Part shown: one piece after another, positions 50,256 through 63,138 of the stretch
Layout: each line of letters begins with the position of its first letter
Position numbering within the stretch: the stretch's first letter is position 1
Assembly: GCA_038496445.1 (NCBI GenBank)
Contig: JALMLS010000179.1
Span: 372,001 to 436,000, forward strand
Source: Trichosphaerium sp. ATCC 40318
Taxonomy: Eukaryota > Protista > Tubulinea
Length of the DNA stretch: 64,000 nucleotides
Direction of reading: 5' to 3'
Notes under the pieces: model-generated
Database searches by the model: none
What the model was told of the DNA's origin: nothing
What the model saw: only the letters and a program-made list of their open reading frames with translations
Made by a program: the position numbers and the translations under genes

Positions 50256-53200
50256 CTACTTCTTAAGGACAATTTGCAATGCTGCCAAACTTTGCATAAT
50301 TTGTCCTTGCGTTTCGCTGTCCTTTTGACGCACCTGCGAAGCTTTTAGAGAAGAAAGTTCGTTGGTTTTTTTTTATAAGGTATCTACGAACCTCGGTTTC
50401 ATCAGTAGCTCTACGGATGAGCAAGTCGATAATTTGTAATAAGTCCTTGAATTTTTGTGCCTTGGTTATCTTGGCATCGTTGACAACGAGTAGGATCCTG
50501 TTAAAACAAAATTAGTCAAAAAAAAAACTTGGTCAAGTTTTTTTTGTTTACCGTGATAAGAGAGCGGCTTTAGCATCTGCTGCTGCAGTTCTTACTGTCT
50601 GGACACTAGCTCTTTCAGTAAAGAATACTTCTAGCTTACTGGCAAGATTCGCAAGGTCTGGATTGGCCTTGATAACCTCGGCGAGGCTAAAACATTTTAG
50701 AACCAAAAATATAAATAAGCAGTGTACTTTGCACATAACGCTTGATTCTCAGTCTTGGCAGTTTTTGTGGCTTTTTCGATATTTTCAATCTCTTTTTGTA
50801 GTTGAGCTTGCTCTTCTTTTAATTGTCGAACTGAAGTTTGCTTCGCCTTTACTTGATCCATTACATTACCAAGCTCTTCAATAAATTGTTGTCTTTTACT
50901 AACAGCAGGTACCACCTTTACGTAGGATGCAGGAAACAATCCCACTTTGGCATCATCAATACCATCGAGCTATTTAAAAATAAGAACCAAAATAAAAAAA
51001 TTACAAAAGAACGTACCTTTCCTACCCACCATCCGTCTGCACGTTGCTGTGTTACGAATAGTATAGCGTCCTTAGCAAAACCAATCTCATTTTCTGAGTT
51101 TGGGATATACTCATATAGCGCTTTGGCCTTGACAATTTCATCTTCCTGCCGAATTAATTAGCAAAATGATAAAAAAAAATACAAATGAAATGACACGCTA
51201 GATTCAATGAAATAGAAGTGTCAAATGACTTGATTTCAATAAAAAAACGAGAAAGAGATAAAGAAGCGTACCTTGAATAAATAGTCATACTCTTTTAAGA
51301 AGCTATTTACAATACCATGTACTAATGGCGTATCTTCTACCATTTTGAACACGTTTTTAACTTTCGGCGCCAGGAGATTAGGCGCAAACACAGTAGCAAG
51401 ATTGTGAATAGCCATCATGTTAACGTCAGCATACCGCTCGACACGGATAAGAAACTTCATAAGATAAGTTAACACTGCCTGATTGATAGAAGGTAATTGA
51501 CGGATAAGCGTTCTAAGCGCAAACCGCTGCTTTTCTGTATCCTTTTCGGCTAAAACAAGAAAAATCAATAAAAAACGTTGAATACTTGTTTATACATAAA
51601 TACGTTGTAGTTAGCGTACCTTGCGCAGCCAAAAAGCTGTCGTATAAATCATACGTTAAAATAGGCTCTGGCATCTCTCTAATCAGACGTAAGTAACGAG
51701 AAAAGCGTCAACTAGCGCTGGTACCGAAAATACAGTTTTAATAATCCGGCAACTGTGTGAGGATCGTTTTCATGTGCAAGAACAACATCAACACCTTGAT
51801 TGAACTTGTCTCTGTATTGTTCGATTAAAATTTGACTACCACTTAATCGGAAGATGCCCTCGACTTCTAGAGCGCGCTCATCGATATATTTTATGGCTTG
51901 TTCAACAATGTCTGGAATGTTTTGACCTTCTTTACAACCAGCTTTTAGAGGTGCACCGAAGATACCCTCAGACTGCGCAGAACCCTTAGTTTCGTGGATA
52001 TAATCGAACCTAGACATATTAAAACACGTAACCCAAAACATAGCGGTTTTTTTTTTTTTGTGAATAAACGCCAACCAACATACCATTTTTTAACTTCCTC
52101 GTCGGTAGATGGTTTCAAAACAATAGTATCCGCTTGTTTTGCTTTACTATGAAGCTCAACTGTTTTTTTACTCTTTGTGTCATGAGGTACAAGGTCGTAG
52201 TCACTTAATTTTAGTGTAAGGACTGGGGTATCGTCCTAATACTAAGTATCAGCGTCAAAGATATTGTGTGAACTGAAAAATGATTCAAACAAGTTTTACC
52301 TCTTTTTGTTTGTAGAACGAAAATTCTTCTTTATCTTCCAATTTAACATAAAAGCGCCCTTTCTTTTTCTGTTGTTTAGCAGTTACTTCAAAAGTGCCAT
52401 CAAGGATTTCTTTTGCCTAAATATAAATCCTTAGAACGTATAAAACCACTCTCTACAAGAAAAAGATCACAGCGGAGCAGTTGAGTTTGGTTTTTTTTTT
52501 ATGATCTACTCGTTACTTAAACTCTATGACATACAGCTTCCTGTCTTCTCAGTTCCTCTTGTTTTTTCTTTGCTGGAATGTTTTCGATGTAAAGATCAGT
52601 TAGAGGGACTCCAAGATCGGGTATTGTCTTGTTCAAGGGCAGTTCTATGAATGAGTAAATGACAACGACAGACTTCGAAAAACGTTGTATTTGAGTTATT
52701 TCGCGTACCGGCATCGTGTCCTAAGTTAAAAAACCCGTAATTCTCTGGATCTACAATTTGAAACTTTCTAGCGATGAGAGGGCGAAGGAAGGATAAAGGC
52801 TTGCTGAGGTCTACGAGTACAATTTGAGAACTTTTCATTTTGCCACTAACAAGTTTCAAATCAACATTTTGATATTTTTTGAGTAGCGTCAAGGATGCCT
52901 AATTGATGAAATGGATAAGATCGCTGTTGTAATAATTCTTGAGGCAAAATGGCAAAATTTTGGCAGTTAAAGTAGTAATACCGCTCCGCGCTATTGTGCC
53001 GTACTCAAACGCGCGGTAACACAGTAATTGTTGACGGTTAGCCTAAAAATTGAAACATTTTTGTGTTATTGCGTTATTCTCTTTCAAAATCAGTTTTAAA
53101 GCCGCACCTTGCTGCCAACATTAAAATCGGACAGCGTTTTGTCCTTATTGTTTAGAACCCATTTTGTTTTACCGGCTGGGTAGTACAGAAAGTATGAGTC

Positions 53201-53350
53201 TGGTTTTAGCTTCCCATGTTCTTGTATGAGGTTATCAAGCAAATTCTGTACGGTTGTTGATTCATCTACTGTAATCGCCGCCGTTTTACGCGGCATAGTT
53301 GGTAAATCAACTTTGATCTCCATATCTCCCACGGACGATCTATTGCCACC
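50256..53350 (-). CDS. RhoGAP protein with N-terminal ubiquitin-like domains, SH3 and coiled coil
   Basis: IFGAPL..IPDIVEQAI..EGIFRLSG..DPHTVAGLLKLYFR..NMMAIHNLATVFAPNLL; SH3 AKALYEY..EIGF..DGWW..GLFPASYV. Start uncertain. Confidence 0.9.
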
Positions 53351-53662
53351 TTACAAAAAATACACCAATTTTTAACTAACAAACCACATTTAACAACTTT
53401 AAGCCAATCGAGCAGTCATTGTCGTGTCATCAAACATGCGTTTAGACACCTGTTCTACAATCACTGTTGAGCGTCACTAAATTAGTAGTACACAACGGAG
53501 TTCGTCTCTGGAGGTGCTACGATAGCAAGCAAAAGTATGACGCTTGGTTTACATACACTGATTTTTTTTATGTACAAAATGGTTCTACTTGCGCTTACCA
53601 CGCTTGTTCACGCACTCAAGTACGTAAATTTGGCATTTATAAGCAAGAAAAGGTAAAGTCGC

Positions 53663-55944
53663 CTACATCTCGTCCATCTCTACATCGTCCTCTTCCTCCG
53701 ACATATCCACACTAGAAGCAGAGGATTCTTCTGAATCTTGATCTTGTTGGTACTTTTGAGTGCTGTGGATCTCTCTCAGCAACGCTGAAGCGTCTTCTTC
53801 GACCTAATTAAAAAAAAATTAGACTTGAGAACAAACACGTGACAACGAGTCAACTTTCACGTGATTAACGCTTACCTTTCCCTGATAATTCAAGAGCCGT
53901 TGGCATTGCTTCTCGGCAGTTTCGTACTCTCCAAGATCAGCGTTAAAACGCGCCAAAAACAACAGCGCATCGGCAGTCTCCTGTCCATCCAGCTAATTGA
54001 AATAGGTTACAAAACTGGTGAAAATAGCTAAATGAGTTTAAATTCAAAACTCACTTGTAACCCATCCCGCCTTTCCAAGTTCTTTGTGTAACACTCTGCA
54101 GCTTCTTTCTTTTTACCAAGCTCTTGGTAAAGTTTTGCGAGTTCATTCAATGCTATACCCTCTTTATCATGATGTGTATCGGCCCGTTGATAACATTTAA
54201 TAGCTCCTTCAATAGACACTGACTTGTAACATACTGCCATAGCACACCACATTCTCGAATCATAAGGTCGTATACGGGTAGCTATAGTAAATAATTTAGA
54301 ACAATTTTATGGCGCTGCGCGAGTTACCTTTGTCATAGTAGTATAAAGCATACAACGGCATTTGTAACATTTCATAGGCTTGACCAAGACCATACCATGC
54401 CCTGTAATCATTCTTGTTTATATCTACGGCATTTCTATATGCATTGATAGCTCTTTCAGCATTTTTTAATTCAATATACTCGTGTCCCATTAGTGTGTAG
54501 GCTGACAAGTACCTTTTTGTGATTTAGTAAACTAAAGAAAAATTCAAAACAAATACTAACCGCCTGTTTAATGCTAGAGCGCGTTCGAAGTATTCAACGG
54601 CCTTTTTATGTTCTCCTTTGAGTGCATAGTAATTTCCTTGTGTGACACAGTTAGGTTATAGTAACAAAGAGTAGAGCGATGTACCAATCACGCAACATGT
54701 TTCAGGTCTATACTTATCGACAGAATTTGTCTTGTAAGCCAAATAACTTAGTTGTGCTCTTTCTTCCTTTACAAAAAGAATATTTGAGTATACATCAACG
54801 TGATCTAACCGACATTCATCTTGTTCTGTTAACTACACAATAATATTAGAAAAAATAAAGACCACATATTGCAATGAAGAAAAAAAAACAAAAAAAATTG
54901 GCTGGATGGCGGCTGTACAACACAAATCCGCATGTCCCCCAATCTAAATGGTGCATACCTGTTCAAACATTTCTTGCGCTTCATCGTACTGTTGCATTGT
55001 AAAATTGGCTGTAGCTAGCTGTGAGAGAATGTATCCTGATTTTGGAAAAACATCTTGCAGTTTTGTGTATAATGCAATGGCTTCTGCGCCTTCCTCCTTC
55101 TCGAGCAATGCGTGAGCGCGAAAAAATGATACCATCCAATGTGGTTTAAGCTTTAGTTGTTTAATTTCAGCCGTAGAATGACATAAATTGGATAAATCCT
55201 GCCAAGCAGACCAATTTAATGGCCAATCATTACATGATTTTGTTAATGTGTCAATAGCCTTTTGTCTCAATCCAAACTCCCTGTACACCAATCCAAGAAT
55301 ATAGGTGGCAAAGGCATCAAGCTTGCCCTGCGTTAGGCCCTCTTCAAGTTCTTGTTTGAGCTCCTTCAGCGCTTTGTTTACAACTTTACGTTTTTCTACA
55401 TTTTGTTTTAATATTATGTGTGCTAGCGCGCACTGCAAACGCTGGCACCTTTTATTCTGAGATCCTCTGCTTTTTGTTTTTCTCCAACCTGGTAAATGTC
55501 AGTTTACTTGGGCTCGATTGCTAGGCGTACCAAAAACCGCGCATAACTGCGGATAAATATTGCTTTCTTTGATTGGCAATTTGCGAGCGTTCGTGCTGCG
55601 CGTTGGTATTCTTTAAGCGCAAAATACGTCTGTACCGCAAGTGAGACATTTTAAAGGCAATTGTAAATGATTTAGTACCCACCTTCGCTAATGATATCAC
55701 ATCGTATTCTGCGATGTCCAGTGGTGAGTGCTTAACGACAGGCAAGCGTGTCGCGTTGTTTACTGTTTCGCCGCCATTTTTTGTATCTTCAAATGCCAAA
55801 GTCAATTCAGCCGCCCTACGCAACTATAAGTACCCAACATTGGTTGCTATCCAATAAACACCATTTGGCACTATGATGTAAACCAAAATCTGTAAGCGTT
55901 GCTACGGCTGTGCGTAGCTGTTGCTTGGCTACAGCTGGGTCCAT
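53663..55944 (-). CDS. CDC23: Anaphase-promoting complex subunit 8
   Basis: [79 protein letters not shown]. Confidence 0.95.
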
Positions 55945-56452
55945 TGTACTGCCACTTGCGGTAGTGTAAAGCCGTTTTACTACAGTTGACATTAAACACA
56001 AGTGTTTTAAAGGTAAACAAAAAGTACTAACAACGCCTTTTGTGTTTATGCATACGCAAGAATGCTAAATTTCTGAGCAACTTTTACGTTTGATGGAAAT
56101 TTCTTCATGAAAATTATGGTAACACCAAGTGGTAACTGTAGTGAATGATAGCAATCACACTTCTTTCCGTACTGGGAATTCGTTGTAACATAGGCAAATA
56201 TGGGGTTGACGTTAATAAAGAAGGTGGAACAATACACGGAAAACTCTGTGTCTTTGTCGACTTTTTCCCACATATCTAATAAAGTAGGGACGCGGCGTTT
56301 TGGTGTGATAGCGCATCTGGAGAAAAGTTAGCTAAGATAGGGCTTATGACGTTTTAAGCAACAACTTTTTTTAAGTCTTTTTCTGAAATTTTCATCATTT
56401 GAAAGTTCCAAACAACACGCAACAGCCAACAAAAATATGCCATCAGCCTAAT

Positions 56453-59400
56453 ATGCTCGAAAACAACAGACGTACGTTGTTTTTAGGAATTCGAGACCGT
56501 AACAAGCTTTTTATAACAGAGGTGGCGAAACCAAAGCAAAAATTCGGCTCAGTGGTTAAAATAATAGATGATATCGTATTTAACAACCAGAAAAATGATG
56601 TGGACAATTCTCAAGGCGTAACTCCCCAAGAGGATGAGGTATGCACCCAAAAGCTTAGTAGGCGATGTAGGCGCTAATTATCAAAAGCTATTTTACAAAG
56701 TGTGGCGAGAAAATCCAGTCGAAGAACAATTACAAAAGGGCTTGGATGAGTGGCAAAATCATACAAAGGTTCAAGTAACAGTGACTGGGGCAGTTGAAAA
56801 TGACAAAGCACATTTAATAAATACTTTGTTGAAAGCAACCGCACCAACGCAATATGGCGAATCAATGCAAACACAAGCGGATGAAATGGATTGTGGCGAC
56901 AAGGCAAGTGGTTGCTCTTTTTAACGAAAAAAATCTCTACAACTAACGATAATAATGAAACCACGTCTAATTTATGCAATAGCAAGACGATTGGGCGAAA
57001 AATGTAAGAGTACTCCCTAAACGACAAAAAAAGGTTAAAATGTACAGAGCTTCTACACAATACGCTTTCGAATCAACAGACGACGAGAGTTTGGGTAGTT
57101 TTGGAGATCTTAGTGTCGTACAACCTGAGCCACAGCCAGAAACAAAAAAAGCTGGTAGTAGCGAGAGACGCAAGCCAAAGCGTAGTTCGTACCGTAGAGC
57201 TACTGGATACTTGTTTAACCACAAAGGAGAAGAGTTTCAGTTTGATGACACACTTCAGAAAGTCTGGAAGACTTTTGAGCCAGATGGTGACTTTAGGAGC
57301 AAAATTGATTGGGAACGGGAAGACAACGCTAGGTTGTTACTATGTGATAGAGGTACGAGACTATTTTCTGTTAATGGTGCAGCACAAAGTGGTTTTTATT
57401 GTTTCGTCTTTTTTTCACTATTTTTGTCATGTGACGTTTCTTTTTGCTTTTTCGCGTCTTCTTTTCTCAAGCTAACGCGCTTTGTAGATGCTATTGATAT
57501 GTATTCTTACTTGCTACCGCAAGATGGCGCAGAACATGCACCTAAAGCGCAACTACGTTACGGAAAGATACCCGAAGTTATTGTTAGCTTCCCTGAGGAG
57601 GCAGAGTTTCGTTTGGCTCTATGGGAGCTTCATGAAGTGGAAATTGGCACAAAGAAAACTACAACCGCCGCTCATTTACAACTACTCCAGCGCAGGTACG
57701 TCTTCGTGTTTTAATTATACCGAAAAGTTGGTGTTTGGAAATTTCTATTCACAAAAAGAGCGAAGTTTTTGTCGTTAAGATTTTTTTTTGTACTTATTAA
57801 TATTCGCGTCGTAGGTATCGTACAATTCTAAACCTGGTTCCAGAAGCACCTGTACCTCTTAGTGGTATACCTTCACTACAAGATTTACCTATACCTCCTG
57901 CTGTAAAGAAGCTTTGTGGAAAGAGTTTCAGGTTTATGGGAGCCGGCAAATCTTTTGACGAAGATCGTTTATTCGTTCGTGAAAAACTAAAGGAAATAGT
58001 AAGCCATTACGCTTATTTTCCATGCCGTTTGCTCGTTCGAGTACCCTCCGATGTTTTAAAAGGCAACAAGGAGATTATAAATTTATCTGGTACGGCTAAA
58101 AAATTCAAGCGGTTTATTTTACGTTTTTCGGTTATTCTTACGTTACAGCATCGTGATTATGCTCACATATTCTCTTAGGCACTTACAACAATGACCCTTC
58201 TACTGTTAGCGCTATTAGAGACGCGAACTTACTGATGGTCGCCGTACAATCAGGTGTTGGAATTACTCAAGATATTTCGTCACTGCTGAAAAGTGCTGAC
58301 TTTGCACGCTTGGCTGCTACCAAGCCTATGCTTCATGACGCAGTGTTCTTAGATATGGCACAGCGTAAGGAAGACGAAGAAGATGTTGATATGGAAGGTG
58401 TTAACGAAGACAACGCAAGACGAACAGCGGAAAGGATAAAAACACAGTGGGTGTCTCTTGTTAGTGAATCTCTTGATGACAACAATACAAACCAAGGGCA
58501 TAAAAGAAAAGTGTTAGAGAGATCCATGAAAGAAACACGTGTATTACAACCGAAACCAATGATATTTGAAAAGCTCACAAACAGGTAACCTTTTTTTTTT
58601 CCAGCGCAAAAAAAAAAAAGAGTCGTTTTGTATTGTTGTCTAATCTTCATTTATTAGTGGCTTGGATTGGACAAAGATGCAGTCTGGTAGTGGTACTGAA
58701 GATGATACTGATACTGATTCCATGGAATACGATGCTATGAGCGATGTATCAAACAGTTTCGAGCGACTTTCATTGACGAATATTCCATCGTTGTTGTACA
58801 CAATCCCGAACCGTGGTGTTGCCCGCTGTTGTCTCCCACTCAAAGCAGTATCCGAGAAAATTAGACAACCAAGCAGACCTCCACCAAAGATACCTCTTAA
58901 ACCTCTCACAGCAGAACAAGCAGCACAAAAGTTAGAACGAACAAGGCTATCTTTAACACGTCTTGCTGGAAGGATATCAACAGAATTAAAAATGACCCTT
59001 CACGCACTTCAACCTGCCCTAGCCAAGAAGGCTCATCAATCTCTTGGTTTGATAACACACAAAGATGATACTCAACCTCTAAACGCACTCATCGACTACG
59101 CTGTACAGCTTTGCACTAGCAAGATGAGCACTATTACACCTGTTGTTGGTGAGTTTGCTGCTCAAGCCGCAAGAGCAGTTCTTCAACTTAAGTCTATTGC
59201 TGAGAACGGTAAATTGAGCTCCTCAAAGCGTAAGCTATTCTCTACCGAGCTCTCAAGGGCTGAGATGATGGTCCGCACAAGCTTAGATCGTGCTAATGCA
59301 CTCATCATGGTGGACGTTGATAAAGTATCTCGTGTTATTGCTATTTCTGCCAGAAACAACATCGAACTCAAGAGTGTAGAAGGCAACGAATCTGGTACGT

Positions 59401-62400
59401 ACCGCACTGCTACTATTCAGTAATTAATATGTTAACGTACTTTTTAGTTATGGCTGAGACGATCATGTCTACTGTAATGTCTTTGAGTGAGAAGTATCGC
59501 AGTTTGATGGATAGTGCATCTAATATGATTTCATCTTCTCTTGAAGTAATCACACAGTATTCTACGCTTGTCATTCAAGCCTTACAGAGCGGTGAAACGA
59601 AGACATCTAAGCGTAAATGGTAATTATTTAGCGTTAAAGAAAAGCACCCTACTCACTTTTCCCTCAAGGTCTTCTGTAGCTGCAAGCAGTAGGACGTATC
59701 AGTTAACAAGCGAAATGGCTTCCCATGCTTCTGGCGCCTTTGTGCAGCTATCCTCACGTAACAGAGTTAAGCCAACATCGGGCCTTAAACGTATGAGAAG
59801 GGCATTGAAAAGAGCTAGACTTCGATGTATTCCAGTCAAGTCTGATTGTCACGCTCAGTTCAGAGTAATTGCTCATCAAGTATATGGTAATGCTAGTTTA
59901 TATGCTATTGTCCGTATACTTCTTTGTGGTGAGATCTTGGCGAATGCTTCTCAGTATGCTTCTTATCTTCAAGAAGGAGATATTCAAGCCTACGTTAACG
60001 GAATTGCTCATGAGGTATGTTTGTTTTTATTCTTGATTTTGTTGTTCTAACTTTGAGGTTATAGGAAGCTTGTGGTGAAGACTTGACTATGTGTGCTGCT
60101 GCCAATTTTTATAGCAGCGATATTATGGTTTGGTCACCAGATAAAGCTAGACCTACGATCATACAATGTCGTAACTCTGCTCAATCTCCTTCTGCATTAG
60201 TTGTTGTTCGTCTTGGTGATAGTTATGAGTCTGTTTTACCTGAAAAACCTAAACCTCGTGTCACTAGTATGCGTCAGATGGTGGCTGATGGGTATGTAAT
60301 TTCTAATATCTTTTGGTTAAAGCAAGCTGTTAACTTTGTCTTTTCTAGTCTTTCTGAAGGAAAACCAAATAATAGACCTCAAAAGAAACGTCGATTATCT
60401 GCTGAGAATCTATCTCTTGCTGAGGTTTCTGCACTTGGACCACAGACTCTTAGCCAGATTTGTATTAATGTAATATTGGGTAACTTGAATGCATACAGCG
60501 AAGAGTACGTCTTTTGTTGGAAAAGTAGTCTTTTTCTTTTTCCTTCTAAATCTTTGTTTTAGTATGTGGAAGTCTATTCCTCTTCATTTGATGACGTGGA
60601 TGTTCGATACTGCTCAGAGCTGTCGTGTGCTTACAGATGATATGATGGATAAGGTGTTACACCCATGTACACCTAGAGTGACAATAGAAGGACCACTTCC
60701 AAGCCTTACAAACGCTGGGCTTTTTACACTTGCACAAAAATGTAATTCGCTTTCAAGGCTTCAAATCCATAATATGCAACATATTACAGATAAGGGTATT
60801 ATTCAGCTAGTATCGCGTAACCCACATCTTATGTATGTATCCCTCAAAGGATGTACAGCAGTCACTGGTATGGAAACAACAAAGCTTTTTTCTTTCAAAC
60901 GAATCAAGTTTACTTATTTTTCTTTAGGTATGGCGGTTCAAGTTATTGCCAGAAAATGTTCTGGTGTTCGTGCTATAGACCTCAGTGGTTGTATTACAAT
61001 GACTGATATCGCTATACAAGAGATTTGCCTCGCTTGCACTAACCTGACGTGCTTGTTGCTCAACGGCTGTAATCAACTAACAGATGCCGCTTTCAACTAT
61101 TTACACTCGCAGATTTTGGAGCTCTCACTTGCGCAGTGTCATCGTGTTACGGCAAAGACTGTTATGTATATAGCACAGAACTGTACCAACATACAGAAGC
61201 TTTCCTTATCGCATTTGATGCTCACAGACGTGGCTATGGCAATGCTTGCAAAATTAGCTACAAAACTACAAATTTTGGATCTCTCGAGTTCTCGTGGTAT
61301 CACTGATGCTGGCATGCAAGCCATAGTTTACTATGCGCGTAACCTTGTAGAGATAGATATCTCTTCAATGCGTACAATCACACATGGAAGTTTCAGAAAC
61401 CCAATGCAGCAAGATACACCTCAGGTTCGTTCTCTTTTCTCTTTCATCATGTTTTGTATTTTTTTTTAACTTTTTTAATAGGTTGATGGACCAAAACCTT
61501 TACACCGTTTGTCTGTCTTTAAAGCTGCCAGAATACCTGGATTAACTGACCCTGCAATGGTTACGATTGGATTATTAGCAGGTGCTGCGTTGACACGTTT
61601 GACTCTGTCGGCATCTGCTATTACTGATCAGGGCATGCTCAAAGTTTGCGAGACTTGTCCTAACATTGTAGAGCTTGATCTCTCTTTGTCGGCTGCTGTC
61701 AGCGATTTATCTGTTCAAGGACTTGCGAAGCACTGTAAGCAGATCAAATCAGTGTCTTTCTATGGTCTTCCTCGCGTATCAGATGTTGGTATTCAAGATC
61801 TTGCTTCTTCTCTTAAAGGAAAGCTCGAAAAAATCAACTTATGCTGCTGCGATTCTATTTCTTCTAAAAGTATCACTTCACTTACAACTCATTGTAAGTC
61901 TCTTTCGTTCCTTGGACTTGAGGAATGTAGGATAGACGAGAAAGGCGTTAGTGATATTGCTAAGCTTAATAAGCTTACGTTCTTATCATTCGCTCATGTT
62001 GCTGGTGTTACTGATAGTAGTCTTGCTCAGTTGGCTAAAGGTTGTCCTCTTTTGGATGAACTTGTTTTGGCTCATTGTAGTAATATCAGTTGGCCTGTAT
62101 TGTCTTCTTCCTTGAAGAAATGGAAGCTTCTTAAGAAGTTCAATGTTCGTGGTTATCTTGGTATTGATGAAAATTCTGTTATCGAACATGAAGAGATCAC
62201 ACATTTGAATATTTCATGGTAAGGAAGAAAACCTTTTTTGGTTTCTCTTTTTTTTTTCCCTCTTTTCGAGCTTTTTTTTTGATCTCTTGCCACTTTGTGG
62301 TTTTATTGGTTGTTTACTTATTTTCGTTTAGGTGTAAGAAAGCCAATGATACTACAGTTTGTAATGCTATTAATTTATGTCCCAAGTTAGAGTGCCTTAA

Positions 62401-62551
62401 CTTAAGTTGGCTACCTAATATCACCGGAAATTCTATCGTTTCTATTGCTACAAAGTCTTCTATTATTTCATTAAATATACGCGGATGTACTATGATAGGA
62501 AAAGATGCTCTACGATTCCTTTCTACAACACCAATTTTAGTTCAAAGGTAA
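56453..62551 (+). CDS. Large multidomain protein: degenerate dynamin-like GTPase, inactive OTU, and FBXL/AMN1-type LRRs
   Basis: Exons from about 56690 to the stop at 62549-62551 join in frame with canonical junctions plus one GC-AG intron (56904-56982). OTU-like segment about 59820-60235; many L.GC..ITD-type LRRs. The first exon junctions are unresolved. Confidence 0.75.
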
Positions 62552-62868
62552 ACGACAAAAGAAAGAAAGAAAAGGAAAAAAGCTTCGAAAAAACGAAAGT
62601 CTGGTATGGAGATTGAAAAAAAAAACAATTGAAAATACTTGAAAAAAAAAAATAAGCAACGATTTTTTATTTTGTTGCGTAACTTGTACTTGTAATACTA
62701 TAACCAAATAATAATATATTACTCATTTATCAATGTTGACTTGTTTCAAAAAAGCACCTTCAAAAAGTTGGCAACAAGGTTACGTTGTTACATTATGAAA
62801 GTTGTTTTTGGCTATTTTTACATTTAGTTTGGTTGGGTTTTTTTACAAGGTGGTAAGTAGTTAGGGGT

Positions 62869-63138
62869 TTACAACTTCATCGCCAGAGGTATGTGAGCTG
62901 GTGAGCAGAGTTTTAAAGGCGAGCAGTCGAGTTCCAAGTCACCAAAGTCGAGTCTGAACTGAGAGTTTATTTCTTCTTCGCGTTTTGTCTCGTCGATTGT
63001 CGGTATGATCTCTACTCGCTCTGAGAATGTAACTTGGCCATGTATTATCGAGGGTTCGATCACAGATGTTGTTTTGCGTGAGAGGAGGTTGAATGCGCGG
63101 CGTGTAAAGGATTTGAGAGACTTGGTAAATGTAAACAT
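62869..63138 (-). CDS. Small hypothetical protein
   Basis: 89-aa ATG-initiated ORF, less AT-rich than its flanks; no motif. Confidence 0.35.
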   Translation of the reverse strand: MFTFTKSLKSFTRRAFNLLSRKTTSVIEPSIIHGQVTFSERVEIIPTIDETKREEEINSQFRLDFGDLELDCSPLKLCSPAHIPLAMKL

